Source: an uncultured Bacilli bacterium (GTDB taxonomy: Bacteria > Bacillota_I > Bacilli_A > RF39 > UBA660). From it: a DNA stretch of 46,983 nucleotides. The position numbers were made by a program, and so were the translations under genes. The DNA is taken from positions 1-46,983 of the forward strand of contig CALVQH010000003.1 in the NCBI GenBank assembly GCA_944358115.1. The letters are read 5' to 3'. The notes below the pieces were generated by a model that was given only the letters and a program-made list of their open reading frames with translations, ran no database searches and had not been told where the DNA came from. Shown one piece after another: positions 16,550-26,030 of the stretch. How positions within the stretch are numbered: position 1 is the first letter of the stretch; each line of letters begins with the position of its first letter.

Positions 16550-17059
16550 ATGAGTCAAAGTAATTATAAACTTAAAATATGGAAAGTTTGTAGTGTTATT
16601 GTTATATTTTTGTTAACTCTTTTGGTAAATAATATCTATTTGTGGTTTCCTTCTTTTATTACTTCTTTAATATCCCCAATTAATGATCATATATGGCAAT
16701 TTAATAAGGCGATTATCCTTTCTTTTTTGATTTGGTCTGTTTTTGAGAAAGTAACCATAAGAAAAAAGCATGATTTAAATACTTGTACCAGTGGACTTAT
16801 TGCCGCCCTTACATGTACTTTTTTATTCATGCTTATTTACGCTCCTATTTATTTTTATGTTTTAAATCAAGAACACAATCTATTTCTTATGTTTCTTATT
16901 TACTTTATTTGTATTGTTATTAGTGTTTTACTTAACTATCAATTACTTAAAAGAAAATATAATTCTGAACTTGAAAAGAAAATTATTTTATCTTGGTTAC
17001 TTGTAGTGGTGATTAATGCTATTCTTACCTTTTATCATCCTAATTTAGCTTTGTTCTAA
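16550..17059 (+). CDS. small polytopic membrane protein, paralogue 2
   Basis: 169 aa, SD aaaaggtga, same TM layout and motif as 12473-12994 (about 30% identity by eye). The 3' end overlaps ogt by 15 nt. Confidence 0.6.
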   Translation: MSQSNYKLKIWKVCSVIVIFLLTLLVNNIYLWFPSFITSLISPINDHIWQFNKAIILSFLIWSVFEKVTIRKKHDLNTCTSGLIAALTCTFLFMLIYAPIYFYVLNQEHNLFLMFLIYFICIVISVLLNYQLLKRKYNSELEKKIILSWLLVVVINAILTFYHPNLALF

Positions 17060-17542
17060 TTTGAGCAAATATTCTTTTTTATCTAATCCGCCGGCATAAC
17101 CTGTTAGATTACCATTTGAACCTACTACTCGATGGCATGGAATAATGATGGATATTGGGTTATGAGCAACGGCACCGCCAACGGCTTGGGCTGACATACT
17201 TTTAACGTTTTTTTCTTTGGCTAGTTTGGCAGCAATTTCTTTGTAAGTTATGGTTTGGCCATAAGGAATTTCACAAAGTATTTTCCAAACTTGTTTTTGG
17301 AAATCACTACCAATTGGTTTACATTTTAATTCATTAGGATTTGGCTTTTTGCCTTTAAAATATCTATCTAACCAGTTCTTTGTTTTCTTTAAAATTTCTT
17401 CATCATCTTTTTCTTGCAGCTCTTCATTTATAGAATTTAAATAATACTTTTGTCCTTCAAACCATAGACCTATTAACTCATCATTTTTGCTTGCAAGTAG
17501 AATATTTCCTAGTGGTGATGAATAAGCGCTTGTGTAAATCAT
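17045..17542 (-). CDS. ogt: methylated-DNA--protein-cysteine methyltransferase
   Basis: Active site IPCHRVV, with the YGQTITYKEIA helix upstream. Start set at ATG 17542 (MIYTSAYSSPLGNILL...), 1 nt after the upstream stop. The ORF-track N-terminal extension is an out-of-frame read of the upstream Gly-rich tail. Confidence 0.85.
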   Translation of the reverse strand: MIYTSAYSSPLGNILLASKNDELIGLWFEGQKYYLNSINEELQEKDDEEILKKTKNWLDRYFKGKKPNPNELKCKPIGSDFQKQVWKILCEIPYGQTITYKEIAAKLAKEKNVKSMSAQAVGGAVAHNPISIIIPCHRVVGSNGNLTGYAGGLDKKEYLLKLEQS

Positions 17543-17543
17543 G

Positions 17544-19928
17544 TTAGAAACGGCCTCCGCCGCCGCCTCCACCACCGAAGCCACCACCAGAAGAGAATCC
17601 TCCTCCCCCTCCAGAACCACTTGACCAATTAGAGCCACCTGAAGAGCTATTGTAAGTTCTGGCACTATTAATTGATGAGGATACGGTATGGGAAATGATG
17701 TTTAAATTCATAAATGTTATGGGATCAAAACTAAAGGTGTAATCAACATTCCTGTTTTCTAGCTTTATTTTCATGGTTTTAGAAAGTTTATCAGCACAAC
17801 CTAAAACAACTGCATAAACTAAATATTTTTCCCAAAGAATAATTTCTGGTAGAGATTTTTCATCCATGGTGCCAAAATCTTTTAGAAACTGTTTGAATGC
17901 TTGCCACTTTTTATATTCCAATGCTCCTTTTTCTGTTCTTTTCTTAGCAATTGCAGTATAAATCATGAGTATCATTGCAACTATTATAACAGCTAAATAA
18001 ATTAAAAGTGCATCATTAATAAAATGATTATAAACAAATAAATGGATTATTCCTATTATAGAATAAATAATTGTTAATATTGCAAAAATTCTACTATATT
18101 TTTTAGTACGATAAAATTCACTTTTAACTTCCTTTAATTTGTAAGAAAGTGTATTTTTGTTCCAGCAAAGGATAATTATAAGAGCAAGGATAAAGGCCAA
18201 GAAGCCTATGCTAGCTGCAACAAGAAGAATAATGATCGAAACGATTCCTTTCCAAGATTCTTTCTTAGAAGAACTTTCTACTTTTGTTTTATCTTCTTCA
18301 TATAATTTTTCACTTAATGCTCTATTTAACATGATTTTATTTACTTTTTTATAGTCTTTATAAAAACTAGTTGTTGTTTTAGCAGCTTTCTTTAAATCTT
18401 TTAACCAAATCTTTCCTTTATTTCTAAAGATTAAATTCATTAAAGCTTTTTCTAATTCATTTTCATGATCTAATTCTAAGCCGTTTTTTTCTAAAAGAAT
18501 GTCTTTCTTTTCTTTGTCTTCTGTAGCTTTTATTTTTTTCTCATAAATTAAGTATAAGATTTCGGCCGAAATGGATTCTTCGGTTATTTTCTTTTTCATC
18601 AAATATTCAACAGTCGATGGGGAAAAATTATCAGGAAAATCGCGCATATACTTGTGGTCAAAATCAACAACATATTCTTTATCGCATTTATAGTATATAT
18701 AAATGCCTGTTCCTAATAGACATACAATTACAATACTAGCAATAATTGATGCAGTTTGATTATAATCTTCTTCTTTTTCCATAATTTCTTGTTTAATGGG
18801 AACTAACTTTGTTAATAATTCACTTTTTAATTCTTCATTTTCTAATATGGTTACTGATTCCATTGCAGCGTTATACCAATAATAATCACGAGTTTCTAAA
18901 GCTCTTTCGACATCTTCTTTCGCTGTTGTTTCCTCAGTTTCCACGACAAGAACGTGTAATTCTTCTAATTTGCTTTGTAAGTCAGCTAAAACTGTTTCAT
19001 TTGTTACTAAAGAAATATAATAAGAAGCATTATTGTAACAGACCCTAGTTGGATATCGGTTACAATAATCTAATTCCGTATATGCTTGCTCCTCATTTTG
19101 ATATTCTGTTTGCTCTCGTTCATAGTTTGCTTGATTGGAAGCATTTTCTTCATAGTTAAGTATTTTAGTTAGGGCATCTACACCGGTTGTTTTGGTTGAT
19201 TTTGCTACTACTTTCTTATCAAATGCTGCTCGAATATCAACTGCCTCATAACTATAAACATTAGTTACTTCTGCTTCAAGTACTTGATTTGATGTTTTCT
19301 TTATAACTCCATTTAAAGGTCCATGAGCCCATACGCGGAATTCATTTTGGTTACCGGGAAAAGTTACGGTTATTTTTAGAGTTCCGATGGATTCACGAAG
19401 AGAATCTCCAATTGCATTCCAATAAAGTTCGGCAATATCATTATGAACAATTGCCATATTTTTTAATGTGTATTTAATATAAAAGGCTTCCTTTTTACTA
19501 TCTGGTAAATAGATTTGATAAGATGCTCCATTACTAGAAGTACTCACCGTATAAACGCCATAATCACCGGGATCAGCACTACTTACTTCTTTAAAAAGCG
19601 TACCCGAAATATTTGTGAAATCAAAATTTTCATCGATTGGCAGAGCTCTAATTTCTATTAGTTCTATGCCACTACCATTATGAAGCTTACTTCCACCATA
19701 ATAATCTAATTCGGGACGAAATTCATATAAATCATCATTTTTATAAAGAATATCTCGTTCCATACCATTAAATTCACCATTTAAATAGAAGTACTCTTCA
19801 ACGGTTAAATCGCCATTTTCTTCTACTACAGCGTTTATATAAAACTTTTTTATTCCTTCTTCAGCATTTACCGTAAAGGGTATGCACAACACTAAAATAA
19901 ATATAAACTGAAAAAATAATTTTTTCAT
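17544..19928 (-). CDS. DUF2207-type membrane protein with Gly-rich C-terminal tail
   Basis: 794 aa. Signal peptide MKKLFFQFIFILVLCIPFTVNA, large extracellular N-domain, several TM segments, tail SSGGSNWSSGSGGGGGFSSGGGFGGGGGGGGRF typical of DUF2207 proteins. Confidence 0.7.
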   Translation of the reverse strand: MKKLFFQFIFILVLCIPFTVNAEEGIKKFYINAVVEENGDLTVEEYFYLNGEFNGMERDILYKNDDLYEFRPELDYYGGSKLHNGSGIELIEIRALPIDENFDFTNISGTLFKEVSSADPGDYGVYTVSTSSNGASYQIYLPDSKKEAFYIKYTLKNMAIVHNDIAELYWNAIGDSLRESIGTLKITVTFPGNQNEFRVWAHGPLNGVIKKTSNQVLEAEVTNVYSYEAVDIRAAFDKKVVAKSTKTTGVDALTKILNYEENASNQANYEREQTEYQNEEQAYTELDYCNRYPTRVCYNNASYYISLVTNETVLADLQSKLEELHVLVVETEETTAKEDVERALETRDYYWYNAAMESVTILENEELKSELLTKLVPIKQEIMEKEEDYNQTASIIASIVIVCLLGTGIYIYYKCDKEYVVDFDHKYMRDFPDNFSPSTVEYLMKKKITEESISAEILYLIYEKKIKATEDKEKKDILLEKNGLELDHENELEKALMNLIFRNKGKIWLKDLKKAAKTTTSFYKDYKKVNKIMLNRALSEKLYEEDKTKVESSSKKESWKGIVSIIILLVAASIGFLAFILALIIILCWNKNTLSYKLKEVKSEFYRTKKYSRIFAILTIIYSIIGIIHLFVYNHFINDALLIYLAVIIVAMILMIYTAIAKKRTEKGALEYKKWQAFKQFLKDFGTMDEKSLPEIILWEKYLVYAVVLGCADKLSKTMKIKLENRNVDYTFSFDPITFMNLNIISHTVSSSINSARTYNSSSGGSNWSSGSGGGGGFSSGGGFGGGGGGGGRF

Positions 19929-19945
19929 ACACTTTTTCCTTTCTT

Positions 19946-21154
19946 TTATTTTTTATTTAAAACGCAGAAACTTTCAATATGATATGTAAAAGGAAACATA
20001 TCCATAATTTTAAAATCAGCAATTTCATAATTTGTTTCTAGCTCTTTTAGATCTCTTATTAAGGTATTGGGGTTACAAGAGACATAGATGATTTTATCTG
20101 GTAATTTTGTTAAAATAAATTCTCTTGTTTTTTTATCTAAACCTTTTCTTGGTGGATCTAATATTAAAGTATCAAAATTTAAATTTATTTTATCTACTGT
20201 GCTTGAGACATCACCAAGCATTAATTTAATATTATTTGCTTGATTTAATTTGGCATTCATTATTCCATTTAAGACAGCATTTTTAATGATTTCTATACTG
20301 TAAACTTCTTTTGATTTAGAAGATGCGATGATTCCTAGTGTTCCTACTCCACTATATAAATCTAAGACAACACTACTTTCATCGATGTTTTCTTTTATTA
20401 AAGCAAATAATTTAGTGGTAATATTTTCATTTATTTGGAAGAAAGAGTCAAATGATACTTTAAATAGTTTACCACCCACTCTTTCATAAAAGAAATTTTC
20501 ACCATAAATCGTTATCTTATTATAAATAATTCCTACTAGTTTTATTTTTTCCTTTAATTTGGCTAATTCTATGTTATATTCTTTTTCGTTTGTTTCAATA
20601 ATGATTAATATTTCATCATTATCATTTGCTCTAATTGTTAGTTTAGCATTTTCTAAGTTTAATAATTTGTAATTTTTAATTACTTCGTTAATAGAATGTT
20701 TGGCAATTATACATTCTTTTATTTCTATTAATTTATGAGTACTTTCTTCATAATACCCTAACTTGCCATTTTCTATTTTTAAACTTATTTTATTTCGGTA
20801 GTAAAGAGGAAAATCACTTTTTATGATCTCTATCTCTTCATTTTTGTTTATTTTATTTTTCTTTAATAATTCTTTTATTTTATTTTGTTTAAAAGTTAGG
20901 GTATTGTCATAAGTTAGGTGTAATAAATGGCAACCACCACATTTTTCAAAATAAGGGCAAGGACTTTTTACTCTATCTTTACTTTTACGCACATATTCTG
21001 TTACTTTGGCTTCACTAAATTTTTTCTTATTGCTTGTTATTTCTATCTCGACTAATTCGTTTGGTAAAGCGTCCTTGATGAAAACTACTTTATTATCAAT
21101 GTGGGTTATTCCTCTTCCGTAGTCATCTAGTTTTTCTATTAATACTTTAGGCAT
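19946..21154 (-). CDS. rlmD: 23S rRNA (uracil-C5)-methyltransferase RlmD/RlmCD family (TRAM + 4Fe-4S + SAM MTase)
   Basis: Cys cluster CPYFEKCGGCHLLH, SAM motif VLDLYSGVGTLG, ILDPPRKG, catalytic YVSCNP. Start preferred at ATG 21154 (MPKVLIEK), with ggaagtgg upstream. Confidence 0.8.
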   Translation of the reverse strand: MPKVLIEKLDDYGRGITHIDNKVVFIKDALPNELVEIEITSNKKKFSEAKVTEYVRKSKDRVKSPCPYFEKCGGCHLLHLTYDNTLTFKQNKIKELLKKNKINKNEEIEIIKSDFPLYYRNKISLKIENGKLGYYEESTHKLIEIKECIIAKHSINEVIKNYKLLNLENAKLTIRANDNDEILIIIETNEKEYNIELAKLKEKIKLVGIIYNKITIYGENFFYERVGGKLFKVSFDSFFQINENITTKLFALIKENIDESSVVLDLYSGVGTLGIIASSKSKEVYSIEIIKNAVLNGIMNAKLNQANNIKLMLGDVSSTVDKINLNFDTLILDPPRKGLDKKTREFILTKLPDKIIYVSCNPNTLIRDLKELETNYEIADFKIMDMFPFTYHIESFCVLNKK

Positions 21155-21201
21155 ATATACCACTTCCATTCATATTCTATCATGAATTTATTTTTAAATA
21201 A

Positions 21202-21228
21202 AGAAAAAGCTTGATTTTTTCAAGCTTC
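21202..21228 (-). terminator. intrinsic terminator of the transglutaminase-like gene
   Basis: aagcttga-ttttt-tcaagctt hairpin overlapping the stop codon; tttttcttt on the minus strand. Confidence 0.55.
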
Positions 21229-22839
21229 ATTTTCAGTAGTATTAGTTGTATTCGACTCTTTTACTGTTCCATTTACTCCAAAAGTTACAGAGTAACTGCT
21301 AGTTACTTTTATTTTGATATTATAATATGTTGTACCTACTTCATCAAAGGTTAAAGTTACTGTTTTACTACTGCCATCATAGGATTCACTAGAAATCACC
21401 TGATCATTTTTTAATATTTCTAATGTATATTTTTGTGTTCTTGATGTTTTAAATGTTACATTTACTGTTTCTCCTAATTCATAACTACTTGATGAATAAG
21501 AACTAGTTGTGCCATTACTTGCTAAATTTTTTTCTGTTGTTAGAGCACCATTTGTTGTGAATGTTGCTTCAAATTCATGTGGTTGATTAGGATTTTCTTT
21601 AAAGTAATGAAATTTACTAATATTGGAAGATAATGTATAGTGATAGATTGGTAACTCAGCATCGGTTTTACCAAAATAATCATAACTGGTTCCTTTACTG
21701 TCTTCTATTTGAGGATCAAAAATATAGTAAGTGCTACCAGCTTTAATCATTACCCAAGCGTGTCCTATAGTTCCGCCTCCTACTTTATTAACAGAACCCC
21801 CTACTACATAAGCATCAAAGCCAATTCGTCTAGCTAGAATCATAAATAACGCTGCATAATTATCACATACGCCTTTTCCAGTTGATAAGGAATATTTAGC
21901 ACGCATTACATCCATACCGTCATAATCATAGTAACTATATTTGTCTTGCATTTCCCATAATTCATTATAATTTAGTATCATCATTTCATAGCTAAGTTTG
22001 TTTTTAACATAATTATAAATAGCTTGTAGTTTTTCATAGTTTGACATACCACTATTAGTGACACTTGAAATAATATTTGCTATCTGATTGTCTAAATCGG
22101 TATATCTAGTTTTAAGTGGTGATAAAGAAACATTGTTAATTGCTGTTTTGAAATTAGTATTATTGGCTGTAGTGTTATTGGATGTATTATTGTTTTTGTT
22201 AGTATTATTTGTTGTATTTTCTTTATTTTTTTCTTGGTTATCACTGGTATTTTCTGCTTTTTCATCCTTAACATGAACCGTTAATATTGCATTTCCCATA
22301 TTATCATGAGAATCAGTAATGGTATATAAAACTTGATAATCGCCTACTTTTTTGGTATTTACTTGATCATCTATTTCGATGTCATCTACAGAAACTTCAT
22401 CATAATTATCACTTACTAGGAAAATATAACTTTGTGGATCAAATTCGCTATTTTTTACAATTTCTATTTCTTTTGCTGATAAAACAATATTAGGAGCAAG
22501 CGTATCAATTACTTCTACTTGATATGTTTTTTCATACTTTTTTCCTTCATAAGTAACACTTACTAAAATTTCTTGAGATCCTAAATCTTCGATGTTGGTA
22601 ATGGTATAATCAAGTGTATCGCCTTGATATAAACATTCTTCTTCACAAGTTACATCATCAATAAAGCTACTTAAATTTATTGTTCCATAATTTAGTTCTG
22701 TCACTTCTTTAAAGGTGAACCCACTAAATTCTTGATGCTTCTCTTCTATCATAAAATGAGAACATAAAATAAAAATAATTGCTCCCAAAATAATTAATCC
22801 GAACGCACTATAGACTATTATCTTTTTCTTTTTTTTCAT
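21220..22839 (-). CDS. membrane-anchored/secreted transglutaminase-like protease-fold protein with Ig-like repeats and an Asn/Thr-rich linker
   Basis: N-terminal anchor IIVYSAFGLIILGAIIFILC. Cys-His-Asp core GKGVCDNYAALF ... GHAWVMI ... FDPQ. Linker NTSDNQEKNKENTTNNTNKNNNTSNNTTANNTN. Confidence 0.7.
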   Translation of the reverse strand: MKKKKKIIVYSAFGLIILGAIIFILCSHFMIEEKHQEFSGFTFKEVTELNYGTINLSSFIDDVTCEEECLYQGDTLDYTITNIEDLGSQEILVSVTYEGKKYEKTYQVEVIDTLAPNIVLSAKEIEIVKNSEFDPQSYIFLVSDNYDEVSVDDIEIDDQVNTKKVGDYQVLYTITDSHDNMGNAILTVHVKDEKAENTSDNQEKNKENTTNNTNKNNNTSNNTTANNTNFKTAINNVSLSPLKTRYTDLDNQIANIISSVTNSGMSNYEKLQAIYNYVKNKLSYEMMILNYNELWEMQDKYSYYDYDGMDVMRAKYSLSTGKGVCDNYAALFMILARRIGFDAYVVGGSVNKVGGGTIGHAWVMIKAGSTYYIFDPQIEDSKGTSYDYFGKTDAELPIYHYTLSSNISKFHYFKENPNQPHEFEATFTTNGALTTEKNLASNGTTSSYSSSSYELGETVNVTFKTSRTQKYTLEILKNDQVISSESYDGSSKTVTLTFDEVGTTYYNIKIKVTSSYSVTFGVNGTVKESNTTNTTENEA

Positions 22840-22890
22840 ATAAACTCAACCTTCTTTTTTATATTATACCATAGTCTTTTTTAGAAGTGA

Positions 22891-23568
22891 TTATTTTTTT
22901 GTTAATGTTCTCATCATATTTTTAGCTTTATTCCCTAAATTGTTTAACCAAGAGGCAGTATTTGTTCTATTTTGCTCTGCTAGAAGTTCTAAAGATTCAT
23001 AAAAGTGAAATAGACATCCACTATAAAATAAATATCTTGATCCACTTCTGGATACTGTCACAACGATGTTTTTATTTTCTTCTTTTAATGGTGAAGAATA
23101 AAAAGAGATGCGGTAAGAGTGACGGCGTTTTTCTATTGTAAAAGAAGAAGCAATATGTTCAGGTTGTGTATCACTTAACCAAGTCACAATTCCGTCTTTC
23201 ACTAATAAACGGTAATACATACTTTTTTTAAAGTTTTCATTTTCTCTTTCATTTTCTTTTATTATTTTAGCTACTTTTTGTTCATAATCTTCATTAAAAA
23301 AAGCACATTCTTTTTTGATTCTTTCTAGTTCCCCTTCATCTAATTCTTTAAATATACTTGAATCTAGAAAATCATAATATAATTCATTTACTGTTTCATA
23401 AATTGGGGTATTGACCTCATCAATAGTGAAAGTAGCATCATCTTGAAAATGTGATAAGCAAAACATTAAGTCTCCTTGGTTATTTTTAATCATTCTTAAT
23501 TCTTTATAACCATTTTTTAATACGATTAGATTTTCTTTTGGATCTCCTATTAAATTTACTTTTTTCAT
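22891..23568 (-). CDS. hypothetical cytosolic protein
   Basis: Start moved to ATG 23568 (MKKVNLIGDP), which has a strong SD aggaga 6 nt upstream. No motif recognised. Confidence 0.5.
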   Translation of the reverse strand: MKKVNLIGDPKENLIVLKNGYKELRMIKNNQGDLMFCLSHFQDDATFTIDEVNTPIYETVNELYYDFLDSSIFKELDEGELERIKKECAFFNEDYEQKVAKIIKENERENENFKKSMYYRLLVKDGIVTWLSDTQPEHIASSFTIEKRRHSYRISFYSSPLKEENKNIVVTVSRSGSRYLFYSGCLFHFYESLELLAEQNRTNTASWLNNLGNKAKNMMRTLTKK

Positions 23569-23659
23569 TTGTATTCTCCTATTCTTTTTATTTTTTCCTT
23601 TTTTGTACACAAGGAATAATATCATAACATATTTATATGTAAGATGCAATGAAATAATC

Positions 23660-23688
23660 TTGTTATCCCTCGTTATTTCGTGTATAAT
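23660..23688 (+). promoter_or_regulatory. promoter of the ComGA-like ATPase gene
   Basis: TTGTTA - 17 nt - TATAAT. Confidence 0.55.
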
Positions 23689-23705
23689 TAAATTAGAATA
23701 AGGTG

Positions 23706-24917
23706 ATGTATTTGAGAACTTTTGATTTTGAAAAAGTTAGTATTGTAGAAATTGTAAATGAAATTATTGTCGATGCCATTCATCGAAGAGCTTCCGATAT
23801 TCATTTTGATCCTACAGAAGAATGTTTGATGGTACGAATTCGGATCGATGGTGAATTACAAGATTATGCTAAAATTCCCAATATACTTAAGAAAAATGTG
23901 ATTACTAGAATTAAAATTATTAGTGGAATGAATATTACGGAAATGCGAATGCCTCAAGATGGAGCGATTAAAAATATCATTCAAGATATTGCTTTGGATC
24001 TTCGTGTTTCTTCTTTACCTTGTGTCAATGGTGAAAAAATGGTAATTCGAATTTTGGATTATAGTATGAGTTTAAATGGTTTAGAAAATTTAGGCTTTTC
24101 TGAAGCTAATTTAAAAAGATTAGAAGACATGATTAAAAAGCCAAATGGCCTTATTTTGGTTACTGGAGCTACTGGTACTGGTAAATCGACAACTGTTTAT
24201 GCTATCTTACAAAAATTAAATACGAAAGAGCGAAATATTATTACAGTTGAAGACCCAGTTGAAATGAAAATTGAACATGTTAATCAAGTACAAGTATTAA
24301 GTGATATTGGTCTTACTTTTTCTCATACGTTACGGAGTATATTAAGACAAGACCCTGATATTATCATGGTTGGAGAAATTCGGGATAATGAAACTGCTAG
24401 AATTGCTGTTAGAGCTAGTATTACTGGTCATCTTGTTTTATCAACTGTTCATACTAATAACTCTCTTACGACGATTGAAAGATTACTTGATATGGAAGTA
24501 GAACGTTATTTGCTTGGTAATGCTTTAACAGGGATTGTCAGTCAAAAGTTAGTTAAAAAATTATGTCCTAAATGTCGTGGTACAAGACCTACTACCCCTT
24601 ATGAGAAAAAGCTTTTTAAAAAGCATTTAGGTATTAGTGTTAATGAAGTTTATACTCCCGTTGGTTGTAAATATTGTAATCATGGTTTTTTGGGAAGAAT
24701 TGCTATTCATGAAGTCCTTAGTATTAACGAAGAGATTCGAGAAGCAATTACAACCAATGTCGATAGAAAAACACTTAAAGAACTTGTTTATCATGCCAAA
24801 GATGATATTACCACTAGTTTCGAAGACGGTTTATCTAAAGTTGTAGAAGGACTCACAACGATGGAAGAAATTATGAAGACTGTTGATATTGAAAGTGATG
24901 AAGAATTAGATGTATAG
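23706..24917 (+). CDS. type IV pilus / competence pseudopilus assembly ATPase (GspE/PilB/ComGA family, short N-terminus)
   Basis: Walker A GATGTGKST, Asp box, Walker B DPDIIMVGEIRD, His box TGHLVLSTVHTN, tetracysteine CPKC...CKYC. The start is ambiguous (GTG 23703, ATG 23706, or TTG 23712, which has the best SD spacing). Confidence 0.8.
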   Translation: MYLRTFDFEKVSIVEIVNEIIVDAIHRRASDIHFDPTEECLMVRIRIDGELQDYAKIPNILKKNVITRIKIISGMNITEMRMPQDGAIKNIIQDIALDLRVSSLPCVNGEKMVIRILDYSMSLNGLENLGFSEANLKRLEDMIKKPNGLILVTGATGTGKSTTVYAILQKLNTKERNIITVEDPVEMKIEHVNQVQVLSDIGLTFSHTLRSILRQDPDIIMVGEIRDNETARIAVRASITGHLVLSTVHTNNSLTTIERLLDMEVERYLLGNALTGIVSQKLVKKLCPKCRGTRPTTPYEKKLFKKHLGISVNEVYTPVGCKYCNHGFLGRIAIHEVLSINEEIREAITTNVDRKTLKELVYHAKDDITTSFEDGLSKVVEGLTTMEEIMKTVDIESDEELDV

Positions 24918-24949
24918 AAAAAGGCTTTCTTAGTTTTGAGAGCCTTTTC
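24918..24949. terminator. bidirectional terminator between the ATPase gene and 24930-25427
   Basis: aaaaaggct-(14 nt)-agcctttt hairpin with T-runs on both strands. The loop contains the stop codon of the minus-strand gene. Confidence 0.45.
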
Positions 24950-25427
24950 TTTTAAATATTTTTTTAAATAATTTAGCAATATAACTTACTATTAAAATCA
25001 TGATGTATTCTAAAAATAAATATAGTAACATGATTTTATAAGTAAGATTTAAATTATTGGTATTATGATAATAAATAAATGGAATACTAATTAGTATTAA
25101 TAATAATAACAATTGAATGATATTATTTTTCCAAAAATTTTTTTGGAAACTATTTTTCTTTTCATAAAAGAAATTAACAAATAAATATAAACAGATCATA
25201 GCAAATAAATATTTATCAACAAATTCCCGATCAAAAGAAGCAAAATACCAATAACAAACAATTAATAAAAGGGTATCTAAGCGAAATATTTTAAAGATGT
25301 TTTTCTTTAAATAAGATAGAGAAAATTTTTGATAATTTTCATTATTTAAATGATTCACTAAACTTACAACAATAATTAGTATCCATGGGATAAAGGTTAC
25401 GATTGTTATATACTTTTCAATATCCAT
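24930..25427 (-). CDS. hypothetical polytopic membrane protein
   Basis: 165 aa, 4-5 hydrophobic segments, no motif recognised. Confidence 0.45.
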   Translation of the reverse strand: MDIEKYITIVTFIPWILIIVVSLVNHLNNENYQKFSLSYLKKNIFKIFRLDTLLLIVCYWYFASFDREFVDKYLFAMICLYLFVNFFYEKKNSFQKNFWKNNIIQLLLLLILISIPFIYYHNTNNLNLTYKIMLLYLFLEYIMILIVSYIAKLFKKIFKRKGSQN

Positions 25428-25430
25428 ATT

Positions 25431-26030
25431 TTACTCCTTTCCATAAAGGCAACCACAATAATCTTGACGATATAGATTGTAGATTTTGCTAAATTCAATA
25501 CTTTTTTTATAGCCATCATGTTTCTTAAAATCACCATAAATATAGGGTATCATTAATTCTTTACTAATATGTTCTCCTATTTCATTGATGATTGTACTAT
25601 TTTTATGAGGACTTACTGTAAGGGTTGTCCCAAAATATTCAAAATTGTTTTCTTTGGCCACTTCGGCTGTCTTTTTCATTCTTAGATAAAAGCATTTATT
25701 ACATCTAGCTCCCCCTTCAGGAACTTCTTCTAAGCCTTTAGCTACGTTTTTAAATGCTTCATGATCATAATCGCAGTCTAAAAAGTCAATTTTTGCCTCC
25801 TTGTATTCTTCTAAGAACCGAATTTGTTCTCTTTTACGATGAAGGTATTCTTCTAAGGGTTCAATATTCGGATTATAATAAAAAACTGTTATTTCAAAAT
25901 AATCTTTTAAGTAATCAATTACTTGGGTAGAACATGGTCCACAACAACTATGAAGTAATAATTTTGGCTTTGTATTTAACGTACTTACTAATTCTTCTAA
26001 CTTTTTTTGATAATTAATTTTCGGTTGCAT
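25431..26030 (-). CDS. queH: epoxyqueuosine reductase QueH (DUF208)
   Basis: Cys motifs HSCCGPCS, CNKCF and DYCGC. Start at ATG 26030 (SD gggggtga, 8-nt spacer), overlapping the divIB 3' end. Confidence 0.75.
   Translation of the reverse strand: MQPKINYQKKLEELVSTLNTKPKLLLHSCCGPCSTQVIDYLKDYFEITVFYYNPNIEPLEEYLHRKREQIRFLEEYKEAKIDFLDCDYDHEAFKNVAKGLEEVPEGGARCNKCFYLRMKKTAEVAKENNFEYFGTTLTVSPHKNSTIINEIGEHISKELMIPYIYGDFKKHDGYKKSIEFSKIYNLYRQDYCGCLYGKE

Noticed and set aside
17543-17665. N-terminal 41-codon extension of the ogt ORF in the track (MPELTIALQVALIGQVVLEGEEDSLLVVASVVEAAAEAVSN).
   Set aside because: It is an alternative-frame reading of the GC-richer DNA that encodes the Gly-rich tail of the upstream DUF2207 protein. 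ATG 17542 gives a normal Ogt N-terminus one nucleotide after the upstream stop codon.
22088-22276. Two overlapping about 60-aa ORFs (both strands) and apparent DNA repetitiveness inside the transglutaminase-like gene.
   Set aside because: The region encodes the Asn/Thr-rich linker (AAT/ACT codon runs). The extra ORFs are frame or strand artefacts of low-complexity coding DNA, not a repeat array or CRISPR.
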